The notes under the pieces are model-generated. The model saw only the letters and a list, made by a program, of their open reading frames with translations. It did not search any database and was not told the DNA's origin. The position numbers and the translations under genes were made by a program. Below are positions 49,860-63,019 of a stretch of DNA of 64,000 nucleotides, in pieces. The stretch spans positions 28,881,162-28,945,161 of the forward strand of contig NC_068998.1 of the NCBI RefSeq assembly GCF_001194135.2. Direction: 5' to 3'. Position 1 is the stretch's first letter, and each line of letters starts with the position of its first letter. This DNA is from Octopus bimaculoides. Lineage: Eukaryota.

Positions 49860-50090
49860 GTTATAAAGATGGCAGAATTGTTAGCATATCAGGCAAAATT
49901 CTTAGCAGTATTTCATCCATTGTTCTGAGTTCAAATTCTGCCAAGTTTCAAATTTGCCTTTAATCCTTTCAGGGTCAATAAAACAAGTACCAGTTGAGTA
50001 TGGGTCAATTTAAACAACTCACCCGCTGCTCTGAAATTGCTGGCCTTGTGCCAAAATTTGAAACTGTTATTATTATTATTACACTATTAT
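49860..50090 (+). mobile_element. SINE family A, near full length, flanked by (ATT)n
   Basis: gatggcagaattgttagca..ttctgagttcaaattctgcc..gaaattgctggccttgtgccaaaatttgaaac(tat)n. Confidence 0.85.
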
Positions 50091-50829
50091 TTAACTAGTT
50101 AACTAATTGACTAGTAGATTGCTTGATTAATCATTGAATGAATCAAGGCACCCTTCATGACCTCATCAATGACACACCCTCATTACTCCAAATCTGTCTT
50201 ATTGTCTCCCAGCTTTTATTATTTTTAGAGATGTGTGAGAGAGAGAGAGAGAGAGAGAGAGTGAGTGCGTGAGTGTGAGTGCATGCGTCCATATGTGAAT
50301 GAATGTTTGGTGCATGTGGGGTGTATGTGTATTTGTTTATACCCTCTCCTCTCTTTCTGACATCTCTTCTACAAACATACCAGGCTACCAGCAACTAAAA
50401 CAAAATCATTCAGCCTGTGCATACCATAGAAGATAAATTCGTGATTTATCTCTACTTCCAGAGAAAGGAAGCAATCAACTGGTGACATAGGAGGAGAAAT
50501 AATCTCAAGAATCAAGAATTCTCCAAATTCAGAATGCCATTAAAGAAAAAAATGTTCGATTGTCTGAAGTCAAACAAACGGCTGTGGACATGTGTTTCTG
50601 CCTCAGTAGACATCACTAGCACAGCAGTTGTCCTACCTTGTCTCCAGCAAACAAGATATTTAGACATACAAAAAAGAGTAGAGCAGATTTATAGCCTTGG
50701 TAATCTGCATAGTATAAAATAATATGAGCCGAGAGAAATATTACATAGCAAGCAGTGGTTATATATTTGAACAACAAGAATGAATAAAGATGTGTGTGTG
50801 CACGTGCACACATGTGCGCCCATCTGCAT

Positions 50830-51060
50830 GTGAATGTGATCATCATTTTTAACATCTTTCCCTCCAGCCAAGAGTTGAATAGTTTGACAAGATCCAAAAG
50901 ATTAGAGGACCACATCTTGCTCAAACGTCTTAATTTAGGTGTGGTTTCCATGACTGGATGCCCTTTATAATACCAAACACGTGACAGAGTGTACTGGAAT
51001 TTCATGGTACCAGCACTTGAGAAATTGTCATGGCCCTTGGCAGACTGAAGAGCCCTCTCA
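50830..51060 (-). mobile_element. RTE-type 3' tail, degenerate
   Basis: catcatttttaacatc..ggtttccatgactggatgcccttt..gacagagtgtactgg. Confidence 0.6.
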
Positions 51061-51269
51061 ACACTGCAATGTCCCTTCTCATTTTGTCAACCCCTATACA
51101 GAGAGAAGTGAGTGCTTATTGCATGGCATCAGTGCAAGTGAGTTCAGTTTGTAACATGCAAGACTTTAGTCTTGCACAATTGAAAGGGGGGATTGTGATC
51201 CCCCACAACTGAAAGGGAGGATTGTAGAGAGAGATGACTCTAAGCAATATTTTTTTTTTCATACAGTAA

Positions 51270-51482
51270 GATGGTGAGCTGGCAAAATCGTTAGCATGCT
51301 GCACAAAATGCTTACAACACTTCATTCATCTTCACATTGTGAGTTCAAATGCTGCTGAGGTTGACATTGCCTTTCATCCTTTTACAGTCGATAAAATAAG
51401 TGCCAGTTGAGCACTGAGTCGATGTAAGCAACTTATGCCCTCTTCTCAATATTGTTGGTCTTATGCCAAAATTTGAAACCAA
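51270..51482 (+). mobile_element. SINE family A, near full length
   Basis: gatggtgagctggcaaaatcgttagca..gagttcaaatgctgctgaggttgacattgcctttcatcc..gccaaaatttgaaacc. Confidence 0.85.
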
Positions 51483-51989
51483 TATTTTTTCATACAAGTT
51501 AAAGAATAAGTGGAAGGAACAGATTTATGGTTGCGGGGAGAGTAATAGAGGAAACATATTGCAAAGTAAGTAATGGAAGGGCCAGGGGAAAAGAGAAAAG
51601 AAAAAGTAGTAGCAGGGGATAATATGAGAGAGAGAAAGAGAGAGGTAAGGACGATGGTGTGGATTAGATAAAAGGAACCAGGGATTTACCAGTGATATAA
51701 AGACAAAGATGGACTGGTGGGGTGGGTAGAGAGTTGTGTGGAAGACAGAGAGGTATAAAGGTGTTGAGGAGTTGCAGAAGTTATGGAGAGAGAGTCATAG
51801 GGAAGGGAATGAGAGAAGGTTGATGAGAGTCAGACGGAAGGCTGTTGTCTTGCACACCATCTCATCATCAAGTGTGAAGTTATGGGAAGAGGGTGAAAGA
51901 AAGAGAGATGGCAATGAATGAATACAGCAAGAATTGTGAGAAAAAGAGAGGAGATGGTAGTAGTGAATGAATGAAATCAGAGCATCTCA

Positions 51990-52440
51990 GCCACCATCAC
52001 AACCTATCAAAGCGTTCTCTCTGCCATGCTTGCACAGATGTGCGGATTTTTTCCACTGATTGTCACATTCCCTTTTGTAAGGTTCAGCATCTTGAGATTG
52101 GTTTTCATCATTTGTCTCTTTCCTTCTTAGGTCTTCCTCTTCCACAGGTACCATACTCTTTGAGTGTTTGGCATGTGTTTATGCAGCTGTCATCATTCAT
52201 CCAATACACTCATTTTTCTTTGCATACTTATCTGATTCCTCTTATACACATCTTTTCACAATGGTCATATGTATTCCATCATTTATGCACATTAAAATTA
52301 CACATCTACTGAAGAGGCTTGCTTCATTTTTTTGTCCTTTGCAATTCCTTACATTCATGGTTCATGTTTCACTACCTTCTAACATTGCACTTTGTAGACA
52401 AGCAGCATACCCTGTGCCTTCACTCTGAGGAAAAGGTCCT
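51990..52440 (-). mobile_element. RTE LINE 3' ORF end and tail
   Basis: Minus frame GRGRPKKERDK..NLKMLNLTK, then atctgtgcaagcatggcagag, the RTE tail motif. Confidence 0.65.
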
Positions 52441-52959
52441 TAATAGCCAGCTTTCTATACTTTTCCTGACTCTTTCTTTCTCTAGCTTCTATGCTTTCAG
52501 AGTACCTAACCCCTCCCTCCACTAATTGGGCCACCTAAATAACAGAAACTATTGACTACTTTGAGGAAGCAGTTGAAAAAACCTATTTTCTGAATGCTCT
52601 TTACGTTTACTGCTCCTTAGCACTGGCCAAATATGAAAGCTATCTTTGCTTTGCTATTAGTCTGTCTGTGTATCCTTTGCACCTTTTGTGCTCTTCTGCA
52701 TAAATGGCACAACTATTTCCTGAATGGTAGCAGAGTCCTGTCTTCTTTTCTACTTAGCATAACTTTAATCTTGGCTAAATCTATTATAACTATTATTTTT
52801 ATCATTGTTATTTTTTTTCTTTTCTTGAGTTATTTATGTCATGTCTCAGCTCCTACTCACAGCACTTTTCTCAGCACATCTGCTGTTCTGAATATTGCTG
52901 CCAACTGTGTACTTCCTATGAAATTTGGTATTTTTGTTTTTTTCTTTCATGCTAGAATA

Positions 52960-53900
52960 TTGCACTTTTTGAGATGGTCCCAAGTGTACCAATCACAATA
53001 GGTATCACATTCATTTACAAGGCTCTATAGATTTGTTTCACTTCCAATGCTAGGTTTTGGTACTTCCCAACTCTCTTATCATCTGTCTTCACAATAGTAT
53101 GGTCTGCAATTATAACTATGTTAATGAAGGTCTAATCTTTGGACTTCTTCCATAGAAGAGTGATATCTGGTCGGTTATGTTGCAGCTTCTTACCTGTGTA
53201 TATTGGCATATCCCATGTAAGCTTCCTCAGATTATTCTCTGCTACTAGAATAAGTTGATACTTTTACCACTTGTGGAGACATTCTATCCCATATTCCTGC
53301 CTAATTCCTGAGGTATTTGCTATGCGACTTTGTCATGGTGTTTTTGCATTCCTTTTGGGCCAGTTTTGAATATTCACTAATTAGATGTCCCAGATTTTTC
53401 ACATAATCTACACAATGGTGTTTCTGCTGTCTTATCAATGCTGTACTTGATTGAGTTGGTTCGTAAAGCTTGTTCTTAAGCAGCAAGGATCAATCCTTCT
53501 CTCTCCTTCTTAATGATCTCCAACATTCTTCATCAGCTTCATCTAATGTTTGTTGGAAAAACTCTCCATGTAGGTCTATCTGTTTCCAGTTAATGATGTT
53601 TTTTTTCTTCATTGGTCCTCATTTTCTACTCTTGGAGGATCTCATCATCATCCTCCATTACTGATCACCTTCTCATTCATTGCAGCCTGCAACATTCTTT
53701 CATCACTATCTCTATGAGAGGCATGCAAGGACTTGATCTCCTTCATAACATTATCCTCTGTTTCAGCCAGTCCTCTTCCACCTTCCTTCCTAGGTGGGTA
53801 AAGCCTTGCTATGTTACTTCTAGTATGAAGGCAGCCATGCATGGCCATTTTCTTCCTTGTTTTTCTGTCTATATTGATCAATTTTTCCAATGTTCATCCC
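52960..53900 (-). mobile_element. R4/Dong-like (RLE-type) non-LTR retrotransposon 3' remnant
   Basis: Minus frames: IDRKTRKKMAMHGCLHTRSNIARLYPPRKEGGRGL; HLISEYSKLAQKE (CCHC knuckle relic); LTWDMPIYTGKKLQHNRPDI..INIVIIAD..KRVGKYQNLALE (PD..D + KY restriction-like endonuclease). Confidence 0.85.
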
Positions 53901-54326
53901 ACAACTCACACACAGCATTATTACTATTGCCACCACCACAATCGTCATCATCATCATCATTGTTTTTGCTGTTGTTACTGATATTATATGTTTTGTGTGA
54001 GGCATGGACCTAAAGGCCTTCTTTCCTTTTTTTCATTCCCTTTTTATCCACACCATCATACTCTTCTCTAATGCTCTTGTGCCCTCTCTATTCTCTTGTA
54101 TTGGCCTTACTGTTCTTATTTGCATACTGGCATATGTAAAGGCCTCTGTCTATTTTTGTGCTTTATTTTCGTTGAGCAATGCTGATGATTGGGACTGGTG
54201 GCATTTGTTCCTGTAATTGGGCTTTATGCTTATATAATTGGTATCTACCAATCTCACAAAATACATGTACTTTATATAAAGCATCAACGCCAACTGTTTT
54301 CTGTATTCTCTTTCTCTCTCTCTGCA

Positions 54327-54381
<55 letters not shown>

Positions 54382-54392
54382 NNNNNNNNNNT

Positions 54393-54775
54393 TGTTTAAC
54401 GTCCACTTTCCATGCTAGCATAGGTTGGACGATTTGACTGAGGACTGGTGAAACCAGATGGCTACACCAGGCTCCAATCTGATTTGGCAGAGTTTCTACA
54501 GCTGGATGCCCTTCCTAACGTCAACCACTCTGAGAGTGTAGTGGGTGCTTTTACGTGCCACCGGCACAAAGGCCAGTCAGGCAGTACTGGCAATGGCCAC
54601 ACTCAAAATGGTATATTTTATGTGCTACCTGCACAGGAGCGAGTTCGGCAGCACTGGCAACAATGTTGCTCGAATGTCTTTACACATGCCATCCGGCACA
54701 AGTGCCAGGAAGGCGATGCTGGGCACAGGTGCCATGACAATTTCGCTTCAAAATCCTGTTGCATGGCATTCTAGA
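54393..54775 (-). mobile_element. Well-preserved RTE-type 3' UTR/tail
   Basis: ttgtttaacgtccactttccatgctagcataggttggacg..cagctggatgcccttcctaacgtcaaccactctgagagtgtagtgggtgc. Confidence 0.88.
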
Positions 54776-55627
54776 TGTAAGTTCTGAGCTGAGGCCAATT
54801 ACAATGAGTTATGTACATTTGTGTATCAAATTCTTTGCTGACTGCTTTGGCTGACATTTTGAATCTAGTTCTTGTCTTTTTGCTTGCATTCTAGATCAAA
54901 GAAACTTAACAGCTTCATATGATTCTTTCTAACAAGATAGAATTTTGATCGATTCTTCACATTTTTTCTCCAATCTTTCATATTTCTCTTCTCATCAGAA
55001 GTTATTAGGTTTGGTCTTGGTTCTCTCATTATTGCCATTTTCCGTTGATGTAAAGCAATGCTATATGTCCACCCTTGTAATCATTTCTAAGCATGTTTTC
55101 ATCATTTGAATATTTTAGTCTGCTAGTCCATTTCATTGTGGCTATCTTGGACTATGAATATTCTATTTGACTTGCCTCTCATAGGTAAAATTCTTAAATT
55201 GATACAATTTGTAACAAATTGTAGCTCCTGAAGTTCAGCTTGTTTGTTACTATTCTTTTTGTATACTTCATCATTATCAACAATGCTGTTAGTGCCCATA
55301 TTCATATGAAGCTAAAATATTACCTCTCGTTTTTCTCTATTTGCATGACCATAAACATTAAGTTATGTTTCTTAAAAGTGATCATCGACATCTCCTTTCT
55401 GAAAACACAGTTGAAAATCATATTAGTAATGCACTCATGTTTCTCAATTCAGTCATCTTTAGTGTGGTTAATTATTTCATTACTCTGTCAGTTTGAAACA
55501 CAGTATGAATTTCTTCCTGTTTAGCATTCAACACAAGCAAATATGTTATTTATGCATGCACATGCATGTGTTCACACACACACATGCATACACATGCACA
55601 CACATGCACACACACATACATATATAC

Positions 55628-55663
<36 letters not shown>

Positions 55664-55673
55664 NNNNNNNNNN

Positions 55674-55708
<35 letters not shown>

Positions 55709-55968
55709 TACTTCTTACCAAAAGTATGCATTTGTATAGCAGGGAAAAGATGTTCATAGTGTTTTCAGCTAAGAAATAGCGTCAGTGAGGTTTGGATTTT
55801 TGAAGCAATCATAAAACAATTCAGACATAATTGTGTCAGCTATATCATTGTTATGGAGTTTATGTGTGTGTGTGTGTGCGTGTAGAAGCACTGTTTTCTA
55901 ATCCTGCTTTGTTAACACCATAGATCTTTTTAATTCCTTGGTAGGTAGGTACGAATATATTTCAACAA

Positions 55969-56189
55969 TCCTTTTAATACCAACCCACCTGAGACCATCC
56001 CTCTTCTATGATACAAACTTCCTGTTTAGAGTGGTCTAAATTAAAACCTTCCATTAAAACTTTTTATGCTAAAACGCACTCCAAGCACCATCTTAATAAT
56101 AACAAAATTATTTTATTGAATTCTTTATTATCTTCGAAATTAATTGAAACAAAGTCAATGATTCCCACAGAAATATGGTAACAAATGGG
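55969..56189 (+). mobile_element. piggyBac-like MITE, degenerate
   Basis: Left ccttttaatacc, right ggtaacaaatggg+ttca. Interior colinear with 58694-58913 (aaa.cttcca.caaa..; ttatttta.t.aattcttt.tta). Confidence 0.6.
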
Positions 56190-58693
56190 TTCAGCAAGAA
56201 TTCTTTGTCTTGGATAACCTGCAAAATTTATGGACACTGCCCTCTTTTCTGTTGAATAACTTTTTTCCTGGCTTGACAGTAGTTTCTTCTGTATATTTGA
56301 GAACAAAAAAGAAAAAACATGTAGGTCTCGAGATTCTAAATGAAACCCTGCAGAGACAATCTGACACATACTGACAGTTTTGACATTATTTATTATCAAT
56401 AAATAATTTTGTATTAACTTGAAGAAATAAGATTATTACATGAATAGAGAATAATGTGATGTAAAATGTAGCACAGAAAAGACAACAGGATATGTAATTA
56501 TATTTAAATAATATATGAATATATCAGCTACAAATATTGTGAATCAGTACAAAATGTGTTAGAGTCCGTTTGTATCATTTGCCTGTCATGAATGTCATAT
56601 TACCTTTTCAACACAAGTGATTTACTACACATGCATTAAGAGAGAGTTTTGACAGTTAGTTCTTAAATAATGGTGTATTCTCTGAGAATCCCTACTTCTT
56701 TTACAACAGTATAAATTGCTGAAGTAGTCTCTATAGTTAGCAGCAATGTTGCCACTCTCATTACAGGACATGTATATTAAATTTGCAGTATCTTTGGTGA
56801 AGTATGTAGGTTTTTTTTCCTTTACTTTTTCTAATTTAGTTCACTTGTGTGATTTAAAAGTAGCTAATTCATAAGTTAGAAGGTATATGACAGAGCATTT
56901 TTAAGATTATTGCAAGGTACACTCCAAACTACTCCTGTGTATCAAGATTTTGTGTCTGTGTTTGGAATTTCTTCTATAATTCTTCAACAAATTCACCTTC
57001 AAGAACTTAGTGGTCAGCATACAGGAGCAAACAGTCTTAAACTCTGTTATTAGCAGGAAAAATAAAATATGATAAACTGAAGGGAGATGTGGACCAAACC
57101 ATGAGGACCTAATTTACACCTGAACTCTTGCCTTCATCAACATCTCTTTATTATAAATTGCTCCATGCACAAATCTATTCTGGCTTGCAGCAGATTTCCT
57201 CATAGAAACAGCCAGTTGTCTCCTATGCTATAAGTCTGTAGCTCCTCTTTCTCCTTTTTGCATATACATCACTTAGTACTTGTTGAGTCCCATCTCTGGC
57301 TGAGGGATCTTACAGCTTCCTTAATTTACTTCTCTAGATTGTCTTGTAGCTCTGAGTCTGGAGTTGCTGATTATTAATCTATGTTGGTTGCTACAGTCTT
57401 TTTCAGGCTAGGACTTAGTATTCACAACCAGTGGAAGAGTGTCAGTTCACAATTTCAGACATCATTTTCAAAATCAGTAAAGGAAAATTATTAAAAATAA
57501 CCATTTATATTTCTGTAATATTTTGCTTGAAAAATCATTGTAATCATCTCCTGTCTTGATTAGATATCTCTTTATCCAATTCTTCTTTATGTCCACATTT
57601 ATTTTCCTGACATTTAATTTCGCTTCCCTTTATAGATATTGAAACTTGTATCTATAGAAATTAAAATATCTCGCTGATATTCTTTTCAGTTTCGACAATT
57701 TAGCATAAGATTTTTTCTATTACTTACCTTGATGCTAAATTTATGAGTTCTTGTTCAATAATTTAGCCATCATTTTGTGTAACAGATATTTGTGTTTTAT
57801 TCCATTTGTGTTTAGTCTTTTATGTATTTTCAACTATTGCTGTCATTTCTTGTTATTATTTCACGTCTTCTCTGTATTTCAAGATCTTGTTCTATTTGTG
57901 GATTTTCTGTGTTAGTATTCATTTTATTAATAATCCCAGTAAAGAATTTTTTAAATTTTATTCACTTTATTAATAATCCCAGGAAAACCTTTTTCTATTT
58001 TATTCAAAATAAAATTCTAACTGATTCACTTCATTTCTATTTGTATAATACTTCCATTGAACATTTTGTCTTATTTCAATGAATAGAGACTCAATGTATG
58101 TGGTTTAGTTACTTCTTTCATTTTAGCTTAAAATGATTTCTATCTACTTGTCTTATAAGGAATATATCTTATTTTTTATTTCAAATATTGTCCTTCATTT
58201 ATTGTTTGTAATTATAGAATGAGAATAGCTTTGATATACATAGCTCGTATATGATTTCTTTCGAACATAAGCATAGTTACTATGTATGTTAAAAAGACAT
58301 CATTAATCTTCTGTGGCATGTTTCTGAAGCTAAGTTGTACTTTTATCATCTTCAGGTTATTTTAGTTCATATCTTTTGGGGAGGTGGTTCTTCTTGCTGA
58401 ACTTTTGAGTAATTATTGACTTTTAAATGTCACATACACAGTTCAAGTTGATGTGTGCAGCCATGCTGGATGTTCAGTGATATATCAAGAAAGAAAAAAA
58501 TTAACTTCTATTTTCCAAAATTGAAAAATTTATACATTAAATTCTTTTACTAGTTTCACTCAACAAACATAAACAAGGACGCTCACACACATGCACACAC
58601 ATGAGGAATGGTCCAAAATATTGAACTCAACTTAATTAAAGATCTGACAGCAGGAAAAGAATACTTTCCATACTGTCATATAAGTGCAATTAA

Positions 58694-58913
58694 CCCTTTC
58701 ATTACCCACCTGGCTGAAACTGGCTCTGGCTCTGAGTACAAATGCCTTGTTTTCAAAAGTTTTGAATTAAAATCTTCCACCAAACCTTAGAAACAATTTA
58801 CGTTCCTAACACTAGCTGAATGATAACTAAGTTATTTTACTAAATTCTTTGTTATATTTAAAGTAATTGGAAGAAACACAGAGCATCTTAAAATAAATAC
58901 AGTAATGAAATGG
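58694..58913 (+). mobile_element. piggyBac-like MITE with TTAA target site
   Basis: TTAA-CCCTTTCATTAC ... GTAATGAAATGG-(T)TTAA, TIR match 11/12. Confidence 0.85.
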
Positions 58914-59399
58914 TTTAAATGTATTCTCTTTTGGAAAAGTAGCTGTCTTTGTTGTCATCATCATCATATGCTTTTTTTTTTTCTCATGTTGACATTGGTT
59001 GGGCAGGTCTCACATCATCTTATCACTTGCCTTGAATACTTGGCACAATTCAATGATGTTTTAATAATGTTTTAATAATGCAGTATGCTTCCTAATTTCC
59101 TAATTTAATAATGTTTTACATAAATCTTCTGTGCTACTTTCAACTTCCATAAACTTTATGAAATGTTCATAAGCACCTAGTGTTCCTATCTTTATAATAA
59201 TCTATCTCTATACATATTAAGTAGCAAAGATTATAAGTAGCTGAGCTATTTATGATGCTCTGCCTGACAGACATTGCTAGGCACTCATTTCACAAAAAAT
59301 AAACATCACAGTTAAATAAGACATTTGTTGAAAGTCATGGGGTGAATCCACTTGTGACATGGGAAGATAAAAAGAATGATGTGAATATTTTTGCTTGAT

Positions 59400-59640
59400 A
59401 CAGTCAAAGAGTTTAATTAATCAAAGCATCTTCCACTTGAGCACAGGACCCTCCCTTGGCACGAGACCCAATTTGAACGCTTCTAGATGGGTCGCATGCT
59501 CCACTGCTTGAAAAGTCCACATGTCTTTATTCTTTTCATTTCTTTCTTCTTGGCATATTTCTTTTCATGGCTGGATGGCTTTCCTATCACCAATTACTTG
59601 GACTAAGTTAATTCAATCTTGCTCTTGGCACTTGAGAAAT
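59400..59640 (-). mobile_element. Degenerate RTE-tailed repeat
   Basis: catggctggatggctttcctatcaccaa; cttggcacttgagaaattg is shared with 51010-51030. Confidence 0.45.
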
Positions 59641-59949
59641 TGTCTACACTGGGACTAAAGATCTTCTTCATACTAATTTAAATAAAACTAATCACTGTGG
59701 AAGACTACCTTGAAAATGAAACAAAATTTATGAATATTGTCCATATATATATAGTATACACTTTGTATCCATATATATCTAGTATACATTTAGTATATAA
59801 TTATACAATTACTATCCAAATATTCTGGATGTAAAAGTATTGGTCCCTCTATGACCAGACATATATTTACCTGCATGTAAATACATTACTGCTCTATCCT
59901 TTAGAGTGTGCTTCTTTTTCGGATATATGATCTCCTGACAATACTATCC

Positions 59950-60053
<104 letters not shown>

Positions 60054-60164
60054 TATACATTTATATATTTAGGATGCATTTATATATTTAATATTCATTT
60101 AGTATTCATACATATATAGTATACATATTCATATTAGTATACAATTAATAGTCATATATATCAT

Positions 60165-60302
60165 TATCATTATCATTTAGTGTCCACTTTCCATGTTGGC
60201 ATGGGTTAGATGGTTTTACTGAAACTGGTAAGCTAGAGAGCTGTACCGGATGCCAGTCTGATTTTGGCCTGGTTTCTACAGCTGAATGCCCTTCCTAATA
60301 CC

Positions 60303-60305
<3 letters not shown>
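60165..60305 (-). mobile_element. RTE-type 3' tail
   Basis: (cattat)n ttagtgtccactttccatgttggcatgggttag..gtttctacagctgaatgcccttcctaat. Confidence 0.8.
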
Positions 60306-60345
<40 letters not shown>

Positions 60346-60784
60346 CATGAATGTATATGTGTGCATGTGTGTTTGTGTTTGTATATATATATATATATAT
60401 ATTATATATTGATATTAGTTGCATATATATAGTTAGCACACTTTTAGCATCCATTTCTATATTTAGTGTACAAGGAGAATCAGATAGATAAGATTCCTCA
60501 GATGTTCCCAACTAACTGTTGGGTAATGTCATGGTAGTTAACTAAGAAATGTAATCTTAAAGATGGTGCTTACTTATTTTCAGAGTCCATAGACAAAAAT
60601 CCATCTTTGAAAACGATATATCATTCAAATGTGTAAACCTTTATGTAAGGTATAACATTGCCCATGAAAAAGTAAGACAGTTACTTGCTTGTTTTGATAT
60701 AATTTATTTTGTAACAGTTACAATAGATAACAAAATTCATTGGACAGAGAACAAAATAACATGTAATATTGGATGATATCCATT

Positions 60785-60945
60785 TACATTCTGAGCTCAA
60801 ACCCTATTTAAGCCCAATTAGCCTTTTGTCCTTCCAAAATAAATTAAACGACTCTGGAGTCAATGTAATCAACTATACCCTATATGTCGGTGCCCCAACA
60901 TGGACACAATTAAGTGATTGAAACTAGTACAAGAATAAAAGAACA
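60785..60945 (+). mobile_element. Degenerate SINE (family A-like core with family B-like tail)
   Basis: ttacattctgagctcaaa..ccttttgtccttcc..gtcaatgtaatcaact..ccccaacatggaca..gaaactagt..gaataaaagaa. Confidence 0.45.
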
Positions 60946-61163
60946 AATCAAAAAGCTGAATAAGTTTGTAAAATTTGTTCCAGCATATATCTCACATTTA
61001 GGGATTTTAGTAAATATATATCAGATGTGGACAATGTGATGCATGCATCTTTTACCTCTTTTTGTAGAGTAGTACATGTAATAACATGATTATATAAATG
61101 TAACTTTTTACTTAAATTTTGTAACACGCTTAAGGTCTGACTTTATTTGAACAACTACATTTC

Positions 61164-61197
61164 TGTCTCTCTCTCTGTCTTTCTCTCTCTCTCCCTG

Positions 61198-61230
<33 letters not shown>

Positions 61231-61425
61231 NNNNNNNNNNGTCTCTCTCTCTGTCTTTCTCTCTCTCTCCCTGTGTCTTTCTCTCTCTCTCTCTCTGTCT
61301 TTCTCTCTTTCTCTCTTTGTCTTTCTCTCTCTCCCTGTGTCTTTCTCTCTCTCTGTCTTTCTCTCACTCCCTATGTCTTTCTCACTCTCTCTCTCACACA
61401 CACACTCCCCCCCCACACACACACA
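61164..61425. repeat. (TC)n tract with higher-order TGTCTTT(CT)n units and gap
   Basis: Direct reading. Confidence 0.93.
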
Positions 61426-61651
61426 TTTACTCATGTTTTTTCTCAATCAAATGTTTGTGATTTACTTTGGTGTAGTAAATGGTTTTTCTGTATTACATAG
61501 AGTGCTTGTTAAATCATCTGATTTATGATGAGCAAAATTTCATAAGCCCCACTGCTACAAAATGTTGGCCTGGCTATACTAGCTGAAGCATTCTATTGAA
61601 ATATCACTGGGTGTAAAGTATGTTGTATTTTGTTTATGTTATCAGAAATAC

Positions 61652-62029
61652 ATGGATGGGATTAAGAAGTTTGCTGCCCAACCACATAGTTTCAGGTTCA
61701 GTCCCACTGCATGGCACCTTGGGCATGTGTGTGTGTGTGTGTGTGTGTGTATTGTATGGATGCATGTGTGTGTGTGTGTGTGTGTTTGTTATTCCTTGCA
61801 TTGACATCTTGTGATTGTTGTAAATGAATGTCATTCATTTCCATTATTCTGTGAAAACATGTCCAACCATGGGGACATATTACCTTACTTGGAAATAAGT
61901 AAGGGTTGGTGACAGGCAAAGCATCTGTCCATAAAAAAATTGTATTATAAAACACTTTTCACCTATGCAAGCATGTCAAAATGAATGTTAAAATGTTGTT
62001 GTTGTTGTTGTTGTTATTGTTGTTGATGG

Positions 62030-62066
<37 letters not shown>
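61652..62066 (+). mobile_element. tRNA-derived SINE family C with internal (GT)n and RTE-type tail
   Basis: B-box GGTTCAGTCCC, CORE-like CACCTTGGGCA, and tail tcacctatgcaagcatg..gttaaaat(gtt)n(gat)n matching the RTE end at 12015-12060. Confidence 0.75.
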
Positions 62067-62067
<1 letters not shown>

Positions 62068-63019
62068 CATCAAAAGTAATAGTTATAACTGAAGGTCATT
62101 AGACAATGGATGTTACTTCCTGTTAGGCCTTCTTTGTGTCCTTATAGTTATTAGAAAATAAGTTGATTAAAAAAGAATGTTTTTTAAAAATAATTCAACA
62201 ATGTCCCTGCAAAACTGTATGCATTAACTTTGCTCTTGAAGCATGTATATTAAGTTGGATGTTATTTATGGTTTATTCATAGTTCCAGGATATCATTGCA
62301 CCAGGTGTGATTATATTGTTGAAGAATTTATTGAATGACAGAACGTCAGAATTTTGTAGAGATAAAAGAGTTAGAAGAAGAAATAGATGAAGGCATTTTA
62401 GAGGAGATCAAATTGTCAACAGTATAAGTGTTCAGATTTTAATGAATCCATATGAGCAGTTGGAAAGTAATGGAAGAACATTTATGATGCTAATGAATCT
62501 GAAGTTTGTGTTGAGTGCAGACATCGTTTTTAATTCATTGAAATGTTTCATTAGAGAAGACGCAACCAGATAGAATGAAGAAAAGTATTTCAAGTGAGAA
62601 AATTCTTTGACGAACTCAGTGCGTTATAATATTTTCACACTAGAGAGTTATATTTGTTTTCACTTTTAGAAATATTCTTTTACTGGTTTCAGTGATTGAT
62701 CTATCAATAAGTAAGACCTCAGTCCTTGCTTTATCAACTGTGACAGAATGAAAGACAAAATAGAACTGGGTTGGATGTAATTGAATATTACATGATGTTC
62801 TGTCTGATGTTCTACCAACTCTGCCAGTCACTCAGTGAATCATTCAGAGAATAGCATTTTTCAAATTTAGATTTTAAGTTGTCTCAACAATTATTGCTTG
62901 ATGAGATATAAGTAGGTTTGTTTAGTGGGAAGATGTTGATACTATATTTAATAAAGAACTGTCAGCTGTTAACTGTTAAGTTAACTTAGTTGCATTATAG
63001 ATAAACATAACATTTACAA

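Noticed and set aside
56064-56399. 111-aa minus ORF and an open + frame (KYGNKWVQQEFF..)
   Set aside because: Overlaps the end of a piggyBac-type MITE; no start or splice support.
62300-62640. Purine-rich, acidic-coding-looking stretch (IKELEEEIDEGILEEIKL)
   Set aside because: Short, stop-ridden in all frames and no diagnostic motif.
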